A stretch of DNA of 64,000 bases from the human T2T-CHM13v2.0 reference genome, Homo sapiens. Numbering within the stretch: the first letter of the stretch is position 1; every line of letters starts with the position of its first letter. Shown in pieces: positions 39,271-54,714 of the stretch. The DNA is taken from NCBI RefSeq assembly GCF_009914755.1, contig NC_060927.1; one strand, 5' to 3'. The notes under the pieces were generated by a model, which was not told the DNA's origin, ran no database searches, and worked only from the letters and a program-made list of their open reading frames with translations. A program made the position numbers and the translations under genes.

Positions 39271-40387
39271 TGAATTACATTTTTACTTATTTATAAGAAT
39301 ACAAACTTTTTTCTGTTTTTTCTCTAATTTTTATCCATGGCATGACTTCATAGTCATCAAAGATTAAATAACTGTATAATGAAAAGTAATTTCTGAAAAC
39401 AAATTTGCAATTTAGGAATTCTGGGCTAGAATGGCATTGTGTTTCTCTTATTTATTTTTTTCTGAATGTCCAAGTTTTATACTTTAGGGCATTGAGAGGT
39501 AAATGGCCTTCTTTTTATGCCCTAATATAGTATAATGAGGCCTTTATAAGAGTTATGTCTATAGTTATCTGTGAGTGGTGGATGATGTGTCAGGATTTGA
39601 CATCATCCCACATAAGTGATAGAGTTTTATTTTTATTATTTTATTCTCAGATCAGTCAACAGCTAATAAATGAGTGAAAAATTTCATTATATACGAAGAT
39701 TTGAATACCTTCATGAGAGTAGAAACAGGCTTATCTAATTAGATTTCCTGACAATGATCAAACAATTAATGCTAAAATATATCAACAGAGATGCTATATA
39801 CAAAGATAAAGATGTTCTACATATTTTACCTAAAGAAGACATTTTGTAGAACTGCCTATACCCTTAATTTTTGTGTGTTTCTAAACAATGAAGGGCTAGA
39901 CAATGATTAAATCTCTGTCAGATATAAATCTTGCATTCTTATAATTTAGGCAAATAAATGTTTCATAGGTAAAAGTTGTCCTTTACCCACTGGATAAAAG
40001 GGTCATTTTTTAACTACTCCATTTGAAACTGCAGAGCAAGAAAAGTTGCAAGCATACACACAACGGAAAAACAGCACTGAAAGGAAGATGTGAAGAAATA
40101 TACTTAGAGCATTTTTCATATTCCATTTAATTCATAAAAGAGGTAAGAGCATATTTCACCTCCTCACCCCAAATGAAGATTTTTTTTAAAATGTGAAAAC
40201 CTGTAGTATAATTTTAAGACTGATTTTTCACACAAGCCTTTGGAAATAGGTTAGCTTTTTACAAGAACATCACATCACATTAGTGTTATCTTGGTTTTAG
40301 TATTATGCTATTTTTTTTCTGGATAAATAAGGACTTAACACCAGCATTTTTTTATTTGCTTTGGTTCACAAAAAAATATGATTAGGA

Positions 40388-40446
40388 ACACACACACCCA
40401 CACAAACACCCACCCACCCAACCCCACACACATATTCACACATACC
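40388..40446. repeat. CA/CCA-rich simple repeat
   Basis: acacacacacccacacaaacacccacccacccaaccccacacacatattcacacatacc. Confidence 0.85.
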
Positions 40447-40644
40447 AAAATCCTCATTCATTTCTTAATGAAATTATATTAACTCCTTAATTTAACCCTG
40501 TGATGGGATCCAGGGGATAGATACTAATTAAATAAAATCAGCTCTATGGCCAACAGTGTTATGATGAAACATGAGCAAATTACTATATACTTTCAATTGG
40601 CATGGTCTTTTAGAAAAATCCTCCTATTTTAGGTGACTATTTTC

Positions 40645-40860
40645 AGACAGGCTTTCTGACATCACAATATGGCGGCCTACAGCAATTGAGGCACCATATC
40701 GCAGGTTATGAACAAGGCCAAAAATATATTTTCCCTCAACCTTAGAATACAAGTCTTGGGCTTCACTGTGATTGGATAACTTAAGTCAAGTGTCAGTCTC
40801 TCAACCATTCCCTTTGGCTAGGACTAGGGATTTTGCTGATTGGCTTAGACCCAAATGGAG
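40645..40860 (-). mobile_element. Old MaLR LTR fragment (MLT1-type)
   Basis: 'gtcttgggcttcactgtgattggataacttaagtcaagtgtc...tttgctgattggcttag' resembles antisense old MLT1 LTRs. Confidence 0.4.
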
Positions 40861-40960
40861 ACTTGAGCCCTACTAAGCCCAACCCTGGAACATAAAGACT
40901 CCCTAAGGTAATGGAGTCCTAGAGAAAATAATGGAATAAAAATGTAATGAAATCAAGACT

Positions 40961-41085
40961 GAGTTACCTATGTTCACTATTTTGGTGATGGGTTCACCAA
41001 AAGCCCAAACCTCAGCATGGCTCAATATTCCCATTAACAAACCTGTACATGTACATCCTGAATCTGACTTTTTTTTAAAAAAAGA
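40961..41085 (+). mobile_element. LINE-1 extreme 3' tip (L1PB/MA1-like)
   Basis: 'tgttcactattttggtgatgggttcaccaaaagcccaaacctcagcat...aacaaacctgtacatgtacatcctgaatct'. Confidence 0.8.
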
Positions 41086-41754
41086 GTACTGTTACTCATA
41101 GATGGGAGAATCAACTGAATTGCTAAAATCTGAACAACTATAGACATATTTTTAAAAGTTATCCAGTAACAAAAGAAATTATATTTCTACTTTCTGCAGT
41201 GAATCATGTAAACATAAAATCAATGATTTAATGAAAAAATACATGAGGTGGTAAATAGAGAAGAATTGGGTTATATATTAAAATAAATATTACTTTCATT
41301 TCTAAGACTTTCATTCCTTTTCATTCTTCCTTTTTTTCTCTTATACTATGCAAATTTAGCACTTATATTGCATGGAACATAACAGAAGCTCAATAAATTA
41401 TAAATTATTTAATATAATTAATTAAAATGAGGGAGAGGGAAAACCAGGAGGCAAACCTGAGAAGGGAAAGAAAGATAGAATGTTAAGAGGAAGAGCTCAG
41501 TCAATGTTGTCAAAACTCTCAATAGTTCTAATGGAATGGGGACTGAGGAAAGATTATTGGGTTTTGTAATTAGGAAAATGCTAATGACTCAAGCAAGGGA
41601 AATGGAAAGGAAATTTATTGAATAACTACTGTGTGTACACTGACAGATGACTTCACATACAACAATATGAAAACAACATCAGCAGATTAGGGAGGAAGAG
41701 CTCATACCAGAGTACCACTAGTTAAGGAGAAAATGAAGTTAGAAGATGAGAGTT

Positions 41755-42343
41755 CGTTAGTTTTCTAGAGCTATCATAACAAAGTATTACAAAATGGATG
41801 GCTTAAACAATAGGATTTTGTTTTTTCATAGCTTTGGAGGCTGAAAGTTCAAGACCAAGGTATCATCAGGGTAGGTTTCTTCTCCGCCTGTTACTTCTTC
41901 TTCTTCCCCTCCTCTTCCTCTTCCGTCTTTTTCTTCTTCTCTTTCTTTCCTCCTCCTCCTCCTTTTCCTTCTTCTTCTTTTTCTTTTTGAGATAGGGTCT
42001 CCTTATGCCACCCAGGCTATAGTGCAGTGGCACAATCATAGCTCACTACAGCCTCCACCTCCTGGGCCCCCATGATCCTCCCACCTCAGCCTCCTGAGTA
42101 GCTGGGGCTACAGGCATGCACTACCATGACCGGCTAATTTTTTTCAATTTTTAGTAGCAATGAGGTCTCGCTCTGTTGCCCAGGCTGGTCTCAAATTTCT
42201 GTCTTCAAGCAATCCTTCCACTTCAACATCCTAAAATGCTGGGATTACAGAGTTCAGCCACCACGCCTGGCAAGAATTGACCGCTTTTGAGGCCTCCTTG
42301 GCTTGTAGATAGCCATCTTCTCCCAGTGTCTTCAGAGGATCTT
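41755..42343 (-). mobile_element. MLT1B-like LTR fragment, interrupted by an AluJ
   Basis: 'gttagttttctagagctatcataacaaagtattacaaa...ggcttaaacaa...ggaggctgaaagttcaagaccaagg', resuming 'gaggcctccttggcttgtagatagccatcttctccc'. Confidence 0.8.
41893..42271 (-). mobile_element. AluJ-like with a tail converted to (TTC/TCC)n
   Basis: gagatagggtct...cacaatcatagctcactacagcctccacctcctggg...ccaccacgcctggc; pyrimidine tract at about 41893-41988. Confidence 0.92.
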
Positions 42344-42791
42344 GAGTTTTAACATAAACTTAAAAAAAATCTACTAAAAACTCAAATTTAAATAAATATT
42401 TTAAAAGGGAATAATTGGCTGTCCTCTTTCAAAAGTATAATATTTTAGCTTGAAAAGAATTTGTGCTATGAACAAAATGTGTACGTTCACTCTGTCCTAA
42501 TCAAAGGGTGCTATTTTTTCCCCTGAAAGTGTTCAACTTTAAACATGATTTATTGTATACTTACTTTTAGCTTTTCCTGCCAGAAGACAAAGGATTCCGA
42601 TCAATTACCTTTTCTAATTCTACGAATGTTCTGTAAAATTGTCCCTTGCCTTTCAAATTACATTAAAAATAAAAAGTGCACGTGACTTTCAAAAGATTTG
42701 TCTTTCCTTAAGTATATTTGAGGATTAATCTTTTTGCTATTAATTTTATTTGCGTATTAACAAGTTAAAGTGGCATTTTGAGGGGAAATAG

Positions 42792-42848
42792 ATATCTACC
42801 ATACCAATATATCTCTATATTGGTGGATCGATAGATCAACGTAGATAT
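42792..42848. repeat. Nested short inverted repeats
   Basis: Inner accaatata-tctc-tatattggt (42803-42824). Outer atatctac (42792-99) / gtagatat (42841-48). Confidence 0.7.
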
Positions 42849-43411
42849 TAAAAAAGTATAAAATAGTTACTGAAAACTCGAGTTACTATATTTCTTCCTC
42901 TATGTCTACCCTGTTTTCAGTGACTAATTTTACTCCAGGTTCTTTGATTGCAACAGCTGGTGTGATTTCAGTTCTCTTTAGCTATTATATGTGAGCTGTA
43001 AAAGGCACATTGCAATAAGATGAAAGACTAGAATTTTATTCTAGATAATCCTAGAATGATATGGTTTTGAATCATTCCAGTTTTTTCTTCCCAGATTGAA
43101 GGTGAGAGAACAATTTGTCTGTATGCTTTTCCTTCTGAGCTGTTAGAAAATAATTTTGCAACAAAAATCCAAGTGATCCCACCCAGTTCCACTTAGAATC
43201 TTGTCTCTGTTCCTGATTGTGGCCCTTTTGTGTGTGCTTGAGCATCTTGATAAAGTGTATCATTTTACACCTCTATGACAATTCTTTATATATTGGAGGA
43301 CAGCTATCAAATTTTCTTTGAATCTCCTCTGCATTTTCTGCAGAATTCCTCACTATCTCTGAGTAACTCTCTTCTAAAAATACTCAAATAATTTTTTTAA
43401 AAAATTTATTT

Positions 43412-43417
<6 letters not shown>

Positions 43418-43446
<29 letters not shown>

Positions 43447-44260
43447 TTTTATTATTATTATACTTTAAGTTTTAGGGTACATGTGCACAATGTGCAGGTT
43501 AGTTACATATGTATACATGTGCCATGCTGGTGTGCTGCACCCATTAACTCGTCATTTAACATTAGGTATATCTCCTAATGCTATCCCTCCCTCCTCCCCC
43601 CACCCCAAAACAGTCCCCAGAGTGTGATGTTCCCCTTCCTGTGTCCATGTGTTCTCATTGTTCAAATCCCACCTATGAGTGAGAATATACAGTGTTTGGT
43701 TTTTTGTTCTTGCGATAGTTTACTGAGAATGATGATTTCCAATTTCATCCATGTCCCTAAAAATGACATGAACTCATCCTTTTTTATGGCTGCATAGTAT
43801 TCCATGCTGTATATGTGCCACATTTTCTTAATCCAGTCTATCATTGTTGGACATTTGGGTTGGTTCCAAGTCTTTGCTATCGTGAATAGTGCCGCAATAA
43901 ACATACGTGTGCGTGTGTCTTTATAGCAGCATGATTTATAGTCCTTTGGGTATATACCCAGTAATGGGATGGCTGGGTCAAATGGTATTTCTAGTTCTAG
44001 GTCCCTGAGGAATCTCCACACTGACTTCCACAATGGTTGAACTAGTTTACAGTCCCACCAACAGTGTAAAAGTGTTCCTATTTCTCCACATCCTCTCCAG
44101 CACCTGTTGTTTCCTGACTTTTTAATGATTGCCATTCTAATTGGTGTGAGATGGTATCTCATTGTGGTTTTGATTTGCATTTCTCTGATAGCCAGTGATG
44201 GTGAGCATTTAATCCTCAATAAAATACTGGCAAACCGAATCCAGCAGCACATCAAAAAGC
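43418..44260 (-). mobile_element. L1PA2/3-like insertion with a 5' inversion (twin priming)
   Basis: Antisense 3' end at 43418-44210 (ORF2 C-terminus [16 protein letters not shown]...), joined to a + strand ORF2 RT piece aatcctcaataaaatactggcaaaccgaatccagcagcacatcaaaaagc(tta) at 44211-44263. TSD ttatttttattt at 43406-43417 and 44261-44272. Confidence 0.93.
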
Positions 44261-44747
44261 TTATTTTTATTTTAAGTTCCAGGGTACATAGGCAGGATGT
44301 TCAGGTTTGTTACACAGGTAAACGTGTGCCACGGTGGTTTGCTGCACAGAACAACCCATCACCTAGGTATTAAGCCCAGCATGCATTAGCTGTTTTTCCT
44401 AATGCTTTCGCTCCCACCACTCCATCCTCTGACAAGCCCCAGTGTTTGTTGTTACGCTCCCTGTGTCCATATGATCTTATTGTGTTCCCACTTATAAGTG
44501 AGAACATGCGGCATTTGGTTTTCTGATCCTGTGTTAGTTTGCTGAGGATAATGGCGTCCAGGTCCATCCATGTCCCTGCAAACAACGTGATCTTGTTCCT
44601 TTTTATGGCTGCATAGTATTCCATGGTGTATATGTACCACATTTTCTTTATCCAGTCTATCATTGATGGGCATTTGGGTTGATTCCATGTCTTTGCTATT
44701 GTCAATAGTGCTGCAATAAACATATGCGTGCATGTATCTTTGTAATA
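44261..44747 (-). mobile_element. Older LINE-1 3' end (about L1PA10-13), host of the nested L1
   Basis: 'acctaggtattaagcccagcatgcattagctgtttttcc' is an older L1PA 3'UTR. Its 15-bp TSD aaaaatactcaaata lies at 43376-43390 and 44748-44762 and encloses both L1s. Confidence 0.93.
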
Positions 44748-46254
44748 AAAAATACTCAAATACATATGTCAAGTCCTTCCGTCTTAAAATGTCTGCTTGT
44801 TTTTACCCAGAAATATGTGTAAAAGCAAACAACATCTGTTTAGTTTAGTTGAACAACAAAGTGATTTGCAGAGCAGTGTACGCAAAATTTCATATAACTT
44901 TTTATATGAAATTTATGACAATTTTCTTGTAAGTCTAATTTTTCTTAACATTGTTTAAGTGTAAAGGTATTTTTACTGACATATATACTTATCTTTCATA
45001 GAATTTTAACTGTATATTTTTAGTTTTATTTCTAAATAAACTGTATATTTTGTTTTAGAAACAAAAATAAAAATATTTGACCAAAGAAAAAGGAGGAAAT
45101 TAGCATTAATATCATGACTTAGAGAAACTGACTTTTGCACCTTGTCATGAATACGTGAATATGTGAATGAAACTGCATGTGAATGGCAGTTGAGTCTATT
45201 CAAAAATTAAAATATAGTTAAGAATTTTAAATTTAAAAATCACAGATTTTATTTCTTTGGTTTTTTTAATGATTGATCTCTGATATTATAATTTTACTAT
45301 TAATGAGCTAAAACATGACTAAATCCCAGTAAATTTTTAAGTGTTACAGAAAACATACATTTGGTCCTTGTCAGTATTCTATATAAAAATCTTATCTGTA
45401 TGTATTTAAAAAAATAGTTGAATTCAAATTATTGGAATACTGAAACATACTTACATCTAGTTTTAATAAATTAAGCATGTATTCTTCCTCTGAAATTAGT
45501 TTATGGGTTTAAATTTAACCTGTATAAATTTCATTTAATATTCGAATTCTCAGGGGAGGAATGAAAAACATTATGTAGATTTAGGGATTTGGTTTGGAAA
45601 CTCCATATCATATGATAACAGAAGAGAGTTAATGAACATAGTAAGATGAGCTAAACTCATCTACACAGGTTGCTAAGGGGACTAGTCAAAAAACATCTTG
45701 ATTCTCCTATTCATCCCATTCATTATTTTTGAAACCAGCCTATACCTTTCAATCCAGATAAATCGAATGTGGCAGCATTTTTACTCTACATTGTTGTTAG
45801 TGAGTTAACAGAAGGTTCTATTATTGAAGGTGAGGATATTGGGTTTTGTCCCTCTCTCATTTAGTGGTTGATTGCTAATTAATATATATTAAAGTATTAT
45901 TTGTATAAAAATAAAGAAATCAAAATACTAGAGAAAAGTAATGATTAATATTATATGTATGATGTTGATACATTTATTACCAAGCCTAAAACTAAGATAA
46001 AAATCACAAAAAATATGAATTGATTTGCCTTATATATAAAAATGCATATTGAAAGTTTAAAAACAACTGGTACTGTATATGTATATGTAATTCATATAAT
46101 ATACCTGATGTATAAAAAGTTTTAAGGATTGATCAATAAAAATGTAAATGAAACATTAAAACATGGAAAAACAACATAATATATTTTGATTAATATAATT
46201 ATTAATATGGAAGTAATTTAATTTAAATGGGACTTAAAGACAAATTAAAACAAG

Positions 46255-46860
46255 TGGGTACATTTTTCACTTATCTAATTGGTGGTGTGTTTTTAGGTAA
46301 ATCACCCAGCGTTAATAAGGGCATGAGAAATCATGCTGGTAGGGTCATAAACTGTTACATTTTAAAGGACAATTTAAAAGTATCATAAACATGAAAAGTG
46401 TTTAAAATGTACATATTCTTTGACCCAGCTATTCAAATTTTATGAATTTGTTTTAAGGAGACAATCACATGTATACAAATATAAAAGTATTAGAATATTC
46501 GTTACATCATGATTTGTAATATTAAAAAGAAAAACTAAAGCAAGCTAAAATTCAACCATATTATAGCTAAATATGTTTTGACTTATCTTTCTTACAATAA
46601 AATATTTATGATACACTAAAAATAATGCTATTATGGTAGAATATTTAATGACAAATATATTGGACTGTATTGTTAAATGAAAAGACAAGATACAAAATGT
46701 ATAGTATGATTCATTTTTTGTAAAAATTATATATAGATTCAAATACTGAAATAATACTATGTTAATAAATATAATCTTTCAATGTTTAGATTATGTATCA
46801 TTCTATTTTTATTTTCTGAATATTCAAAAATTATGATGCATTATTTTTGTAATAATTTCT
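46255..46860 (+). mobile_element. Ancient LINE-1 fragment (L1ME-like)
   Basis: 'tttaaaatgtacatattctttgacccagctattc' and 'aaatgaaaagacaagatacaaaatgtatagtatgattcattttttgt' are degraded L1ME 3' motifs. Confidence 0.65.
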
Positions 46861-47435
46861 TTAGAAAAAAATAGAATTTTTTTTTCAAATATATATGTAT
46901 ACCACTACAATACAATTGTACCTTAAAGTCATCTCAACTCAAAATTTACTCAGATGAGATTCAAGGTAGGCATTCTTAAACTGTAGTTTGCATCCTGCTA
47001 TGGGACATGAAATTATTTTTTATTGGTAGATAAAATAGGAGAAACTTATTAAAAGATATCAGAGAGCTTTCCTTGCTGTTCCTGTTCTCAGCTGCTCATG
47101 ATCTAGGGAGTGAGTTAGCTATACCATCACAAGTTCTTATTTGAGTAGAATTTATCAAGAAAGAAGACAGAGGTGGGCCTTCCAGGAAGAAGCTTCAATT
47201 TGAGCAAAGGTATGGAGTTCAAAATTTAAAAATGATAATGAAAGAATATATTTTATATTAATGGGTATACAAGTATCAATGGCAGGGCATAGGCCAAAAT
47301 ACGTGCCATGGAAAGATGTTTGTATTTTCTACTATGGACAATGATGTAGCATCAAAAACGTATACTGAGACTGAGGGTGATTGGCAGTCTGTTGATAAGG
47401 GATAGGTAGGGTCAGGTTTAAGATGGCACAACCCT

Positions 47436-50068
<2,633 letters not shown>

Positions 50069-50231
50069 ATGATGGCACATCCCTGGGGACATGGCCAAGA
50101 CAGTCCTTTGTGATACATTTTTTCTCTAGATTAGTCCAGAAGTGTTCAAGATTGAGGAGGTGTTAGGTAAGGACTAAGACTAAAGCAGTCTCAGTATTCA
50201 TCCTTAAAGAATTAGAATCACATTACAGAAA

Positions 50232-50528
50232 ATATATTCCCCAAAGAGACCAGTCCCATAAGATCTTCATAGGTTTGCTATGAAAAAGAGTTTCCGTGTT
50301 ACTGAAGTGTTTGAGGAAAACTGGATTAGAGAAAATTAAACATGTTTCTTTACTAAAGGATGCATTAAAGAGTTGAATATGCTAATTTGCACTCAGAATC
50401 TTTAAGGGAATATAGTATGCAGCATTTAAAAAAAAACTTCTAAGGCTTTAGGGACTTTTTTGTATTTTTGTTTCTAAGTAGCATATGAGAGGATTGTGAT
50501 TACACAGAACATATTTTGCAAAACACTT
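50232..50528. mobile_element. MER103C hAT-Charlie element
   Basis: 'tgaaaaagagtttcc...aattaaacatgtttctttact...aatatgctaatttgcac...atatagtatgcagcattt...cagaacatattttgcaaaacac'. Confidence 0.72.
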
Positions 50529-53500
50529 AGAATGCAAACATTAGAAAATTCAATATTGCCCAATGAAGAATTCATAATATGACCCAATTAAACAAATATG
50601 TTAATGTTTATCATTTGGATATTAATTCAAAAGAGTTAAGTAAGACATTTCTGGTATTTTTAAAGGTATATGCAAAACATACGTACACACAAATCATTTC
50701 AGTTCTTTAAATGTCTTGTCAAAGACTTAAATAGACAAAGAAACACTGTGCTGAAGTTAGGTGTAAAGCCATTTGGGAAGACATGTCAGAAAAGGAGAAG
50801 AAAATATAAGCACAGAATTATTTCCATTTGTTTTAAATTCTTTTGTTATTATTCATCAATTACCTCCAACAAAATGGTGATTAGAGCAAGAAAAAAGTTT
50901 TAAAATATTTTAAATCAATTTTTGTTGATTTCCTGATTTCATTTATGGGGCCATAATTTTAAACATATATAATGTTTTATTATTTTTTAATATGCCCTTA
51001 TGCATTTGGAAAATAATGATTCAATAATGTATGAATCCAATAAAATTATACTTTTATTTCAAACTACAAATATACATCCACAGTATGCTTCCTTAGTTTT
51101 TCCTTGTTAACAGATGAATTTTGTCAAAGGCTGATTTTGGCAAGCTCTCTGTCAAGTGGAAGGTTGTTTGAGCATTATCTAAAACAATTTCTTCAAAGGA
51201 AACAAAAAATGAGATTTAAGTATTTGATACTTCATATGCGATTTATAGCAAATATGGCAGGTCACATACTGAAAAAGAGTAAAAAAAGAGACCATTGCTA
51301 TTTAAAAAGACAGAACGCTCCAATATTTTCTGTTCTAATATTTTAACTTTTTTCATTAAAATTTCCCCTGTCTCAATTATATGACTGTAACCAGTAGGGG
51401 CTGCTCTTAGCATTACAGGCAAAGTAATTTCTCTGGAGTTGATAGTTTCAGGACTGGCTCTCAATATAACTGAAACAAATTTAGCTTGGTGAACATTTTA
51501 TGGCAAAACTATTGCCCTTTTCTTTGTCCAGTTAGATATTATTTTTAATTCCTTGCCTTTATGCTTTGTTTTTAAGCATCCAATATATAAAACCTATATA
51601 AATCAGTGAAAATAATACTACCTGCTACTAATCTTTGTAAAATTTTTTATTGGTATAAATATAATAAAGGAAAGACATTAGAGGCTGTATATTCAAAAGA
51701 TAAACTGCATTTCTAATAGAAATAGCAGGAAGGAGAAAGAAAATATACTTTCATTAATAGCTGTGATTTCAAACAGGAGCTGGCTTTCCTTTTGGGCAGT
51801 TCAGAATAATATATTCACCAAAAATTCAAAAAAAGAAAATGTTTTCTCTCTAGGCCGTTAGAGAAATTAGAATATAAGACTGGTTCTGTCAAATAGCTTT
51901 TGAAGGTGTACTTTGAAAGACACGAAATATTCTGTATATTAGTATCTGGACAGAAGCCTCGTTATCTGTCAAAGGTTAACTGCACCGTATACATTACGGC
52001 TGCAACACTGAAGCGGAGGGGCAGCATAACCCCTTCATAATTCCTAAACTGCACTGTGATTTCCCCAGTCTTGCTGCTCTTCTGTGTTTTATTTATGTTC
52101 TAGTGTGCCTGGAGAAGCTCCAAATAGTTGAATAAATCACATGCCTTATGATGTGTAAGTATCATAACTAAGAAAGTCTGATTACTTGTGGTAATACTGT
52201 TTCTTTTATTATTTCCAATTAAGAAACATACTGCTAGCCAGATATTATTAGGACTATCCAAGTGCTGGAATCATGTTTTGGACAAGACATCCCTATCAAT
52301 AACTCATGCATAGACGCCTCAAGGTTATTGCTAATAACATACTTGAGATAGCTGAATTTGAGACTCATTATTAATTAGGAAGTTTGGTACTTTGTCATTA
52401 CACATAGGGATTTAAGTATCAGCTTGTGGCACTATTGTGTGACAGGAGGGTTGGGAAATTGCAAAATAATTTAGGAATTTTAAAATCTAATGAAGAAAAT
52501 ATCAGGCCTAAATGTATGCATTGTGAATTCTATACAACTAGAAACCTTTAAGTGAAAAAACACAATGGCTATTTAGGTATTCACATTAGATAAATTTTGT
52601 CTCTAGTGATCTACCTACACATTATAAACTTTTTCTATACTCTTGTTAAATTCATCCATGAGGTAATTAAATAAATTCTGTAATTAGCCCTCAATTTTAT
52701 GTTTATTAGAAATAGTTTGACTGTGTGTCTTTTTCTTTTATACTCAGATTATTGATTAAATGAATTTTCCTATGTAATAAATTCTAATACATATTAAAAT
52801 CTATTTATTTTGGTGTCCAGTGTATATTCTCTCATTCACTGAATATTTACCAAACAGTTTTCATGAGACAAGTACTTTCTAGATTCTAGATGTGCTGCTT
52901 CAAATAAACTCATTCTATATCTTTGGATTATCAGACCTCGTATTATTATAAAACCAGTAAGTGCTAAGAGACATCTACCCCAGAGTAAGGACTAGTAACC
53001 ATGGTAACTAGGGGAGTCATGTCATAAATTAATTTCCAAATTGTATCCTGGGAAAGGTCATAGATGAAGATTTTTGCTAGCAAGATTAGGAGGAAGAAAG
53101 AGATACTTAAAGCGTAACTAAAACAGAGTTTTAAAACTAGCTAACCTTCAAGGCAATCCACCTGTTCCTGTCTTGATTCCATTCACATCTCAACTTCTAT
53201 AGCCCAAAGATTTTTGTTCTCATGGTGACACCTCCAATGAACTCAACTTCCTTGTTGTAATGGACAATATCTTTTTTCAGTTTTGTACATAAAGCATTTA
53301 TAATAATAATTGCTATAAAGTTGTCCTCAATCAGTAAATACATTAATCAGTGACTTTGATTTTTGTTTTGTCCATGGGGTTAATATTTGTACTTTATCTC
53401 TAAATTATGTTTAGGAAATCAGTTTTTCCTCTTTGAATTTGCCTTAGTTGGGTCTGCAGTCTCAAAGCTTGTAATAGAAAAACTCCCTAATCCAACCATT

Positions 53501-54714
53501 GTATCCCTTCCTTTAGACACATGATCACCATCAGGAGATACTACCCTACTCACCTAATGGTATGAGAAGTAAAAAAGCTATTAAAAACCCTTGAGAATTT
53601 CTTTAATTTTTAATACCCTATGTATGATATCAATTTTTAATTAGCTTTGAGTATGTGGCAATTTTAATTCTTGTAATAATGTAATATTCACCTAGTAGTC
53701 TTAGGCTTTATATTATAAAAATATAAGTTGGATTTTCATGGTCTATTGGCCAGGCTCAAGAAAAAACTCTTGTCTCAAGCAAATATGTTACAGCGTTATT
53801 TTTACTCTTCGAATATGTTTCTGGCTACAAAATGTAAAGACTCCCAATTACCAATATGAGAAATAAGAGAAATAATGGAAAAATAGTTATAAAATTAATA
53901 AACCATTGTAGAATATTTGCAAAATATTTTTACAGGAGGTGAAATGTAGTAATGGATTGTTTTATAGTTTGGTCCGTTTTTGAATTGGGAATTTAAAAAA
54001 GTAACCTAGAATAAAGTATGTCTATTCTTGTAACTCCAGACATTCCATTGCAGTGAGATTAGCATGGATTTGGGGTGAAAAAGTAGTATATACTTTCAAA
54101 TGACCAATGAAAATACAGTTTACCTTTCAATAGTCTTATGATTATGTTATTTAAAGATGTTTGGAAGATCAAAAGGAAAATATGCAGTAGACATAGTTAT
54201 TGCAATTTGCACATGGTTTCCATAAACCAGATGATCCATCAGAGTTAACATGGTTCTTTACTTTTAATTATCTATTTTTCTTAGTATGTTTTCCTACTGG
54301 ATAGCGGCCGGGAGTACTCCACCTAAGACCGCATGCTCTGTCAATCTGTTACCAGGAAGCTTTCAAACCGGTTTTGATTACGAGCAAATCTGTCTACAGG
54401 AAGACACGCCCTGCCTTCCCAAGCCACAGGGCTTCGTTGAACGAAGTAGGGATTTTTATGAAGTTCTTTAAATTGCAACAGCAGCAGCATGTTATTTATA
54501 AACACCAAACACATTGAAATGTGGAGAAAGACTGTGAAGGGATTATTAGTGATAAATAGATAAGAGAGAGCTGGGCACATAAACTGTTTTGCCTGATCAC
54601 ATTGATGTCCAAAGGCCTTGGAGATTACAGCTGCTAAACTTTTGGTTGCAATTCTTTATATTTTTATAGTGCTTTGGATTTTGCAATCTATTTAAGGTAT
54701 TTGTTTACCAGATT

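Noticed and set aside
37253-43417. Existing inversion between the inverted L1PA3 copies
   Set aside because: The TSDs of the 43-44 kb elements match across their flanks, and the flanks of the 36.7-kb L1 are contiguous according to the paralogue, so this allele is in the ancestral orientation.
43662-44255. 197-aa ORF as a new chimeric protein
   Set aside because: It is the antisense of the inverted L1 fragment fused in frame by chance to the L1 ORF2 C-terminus, with no evidence of expression.
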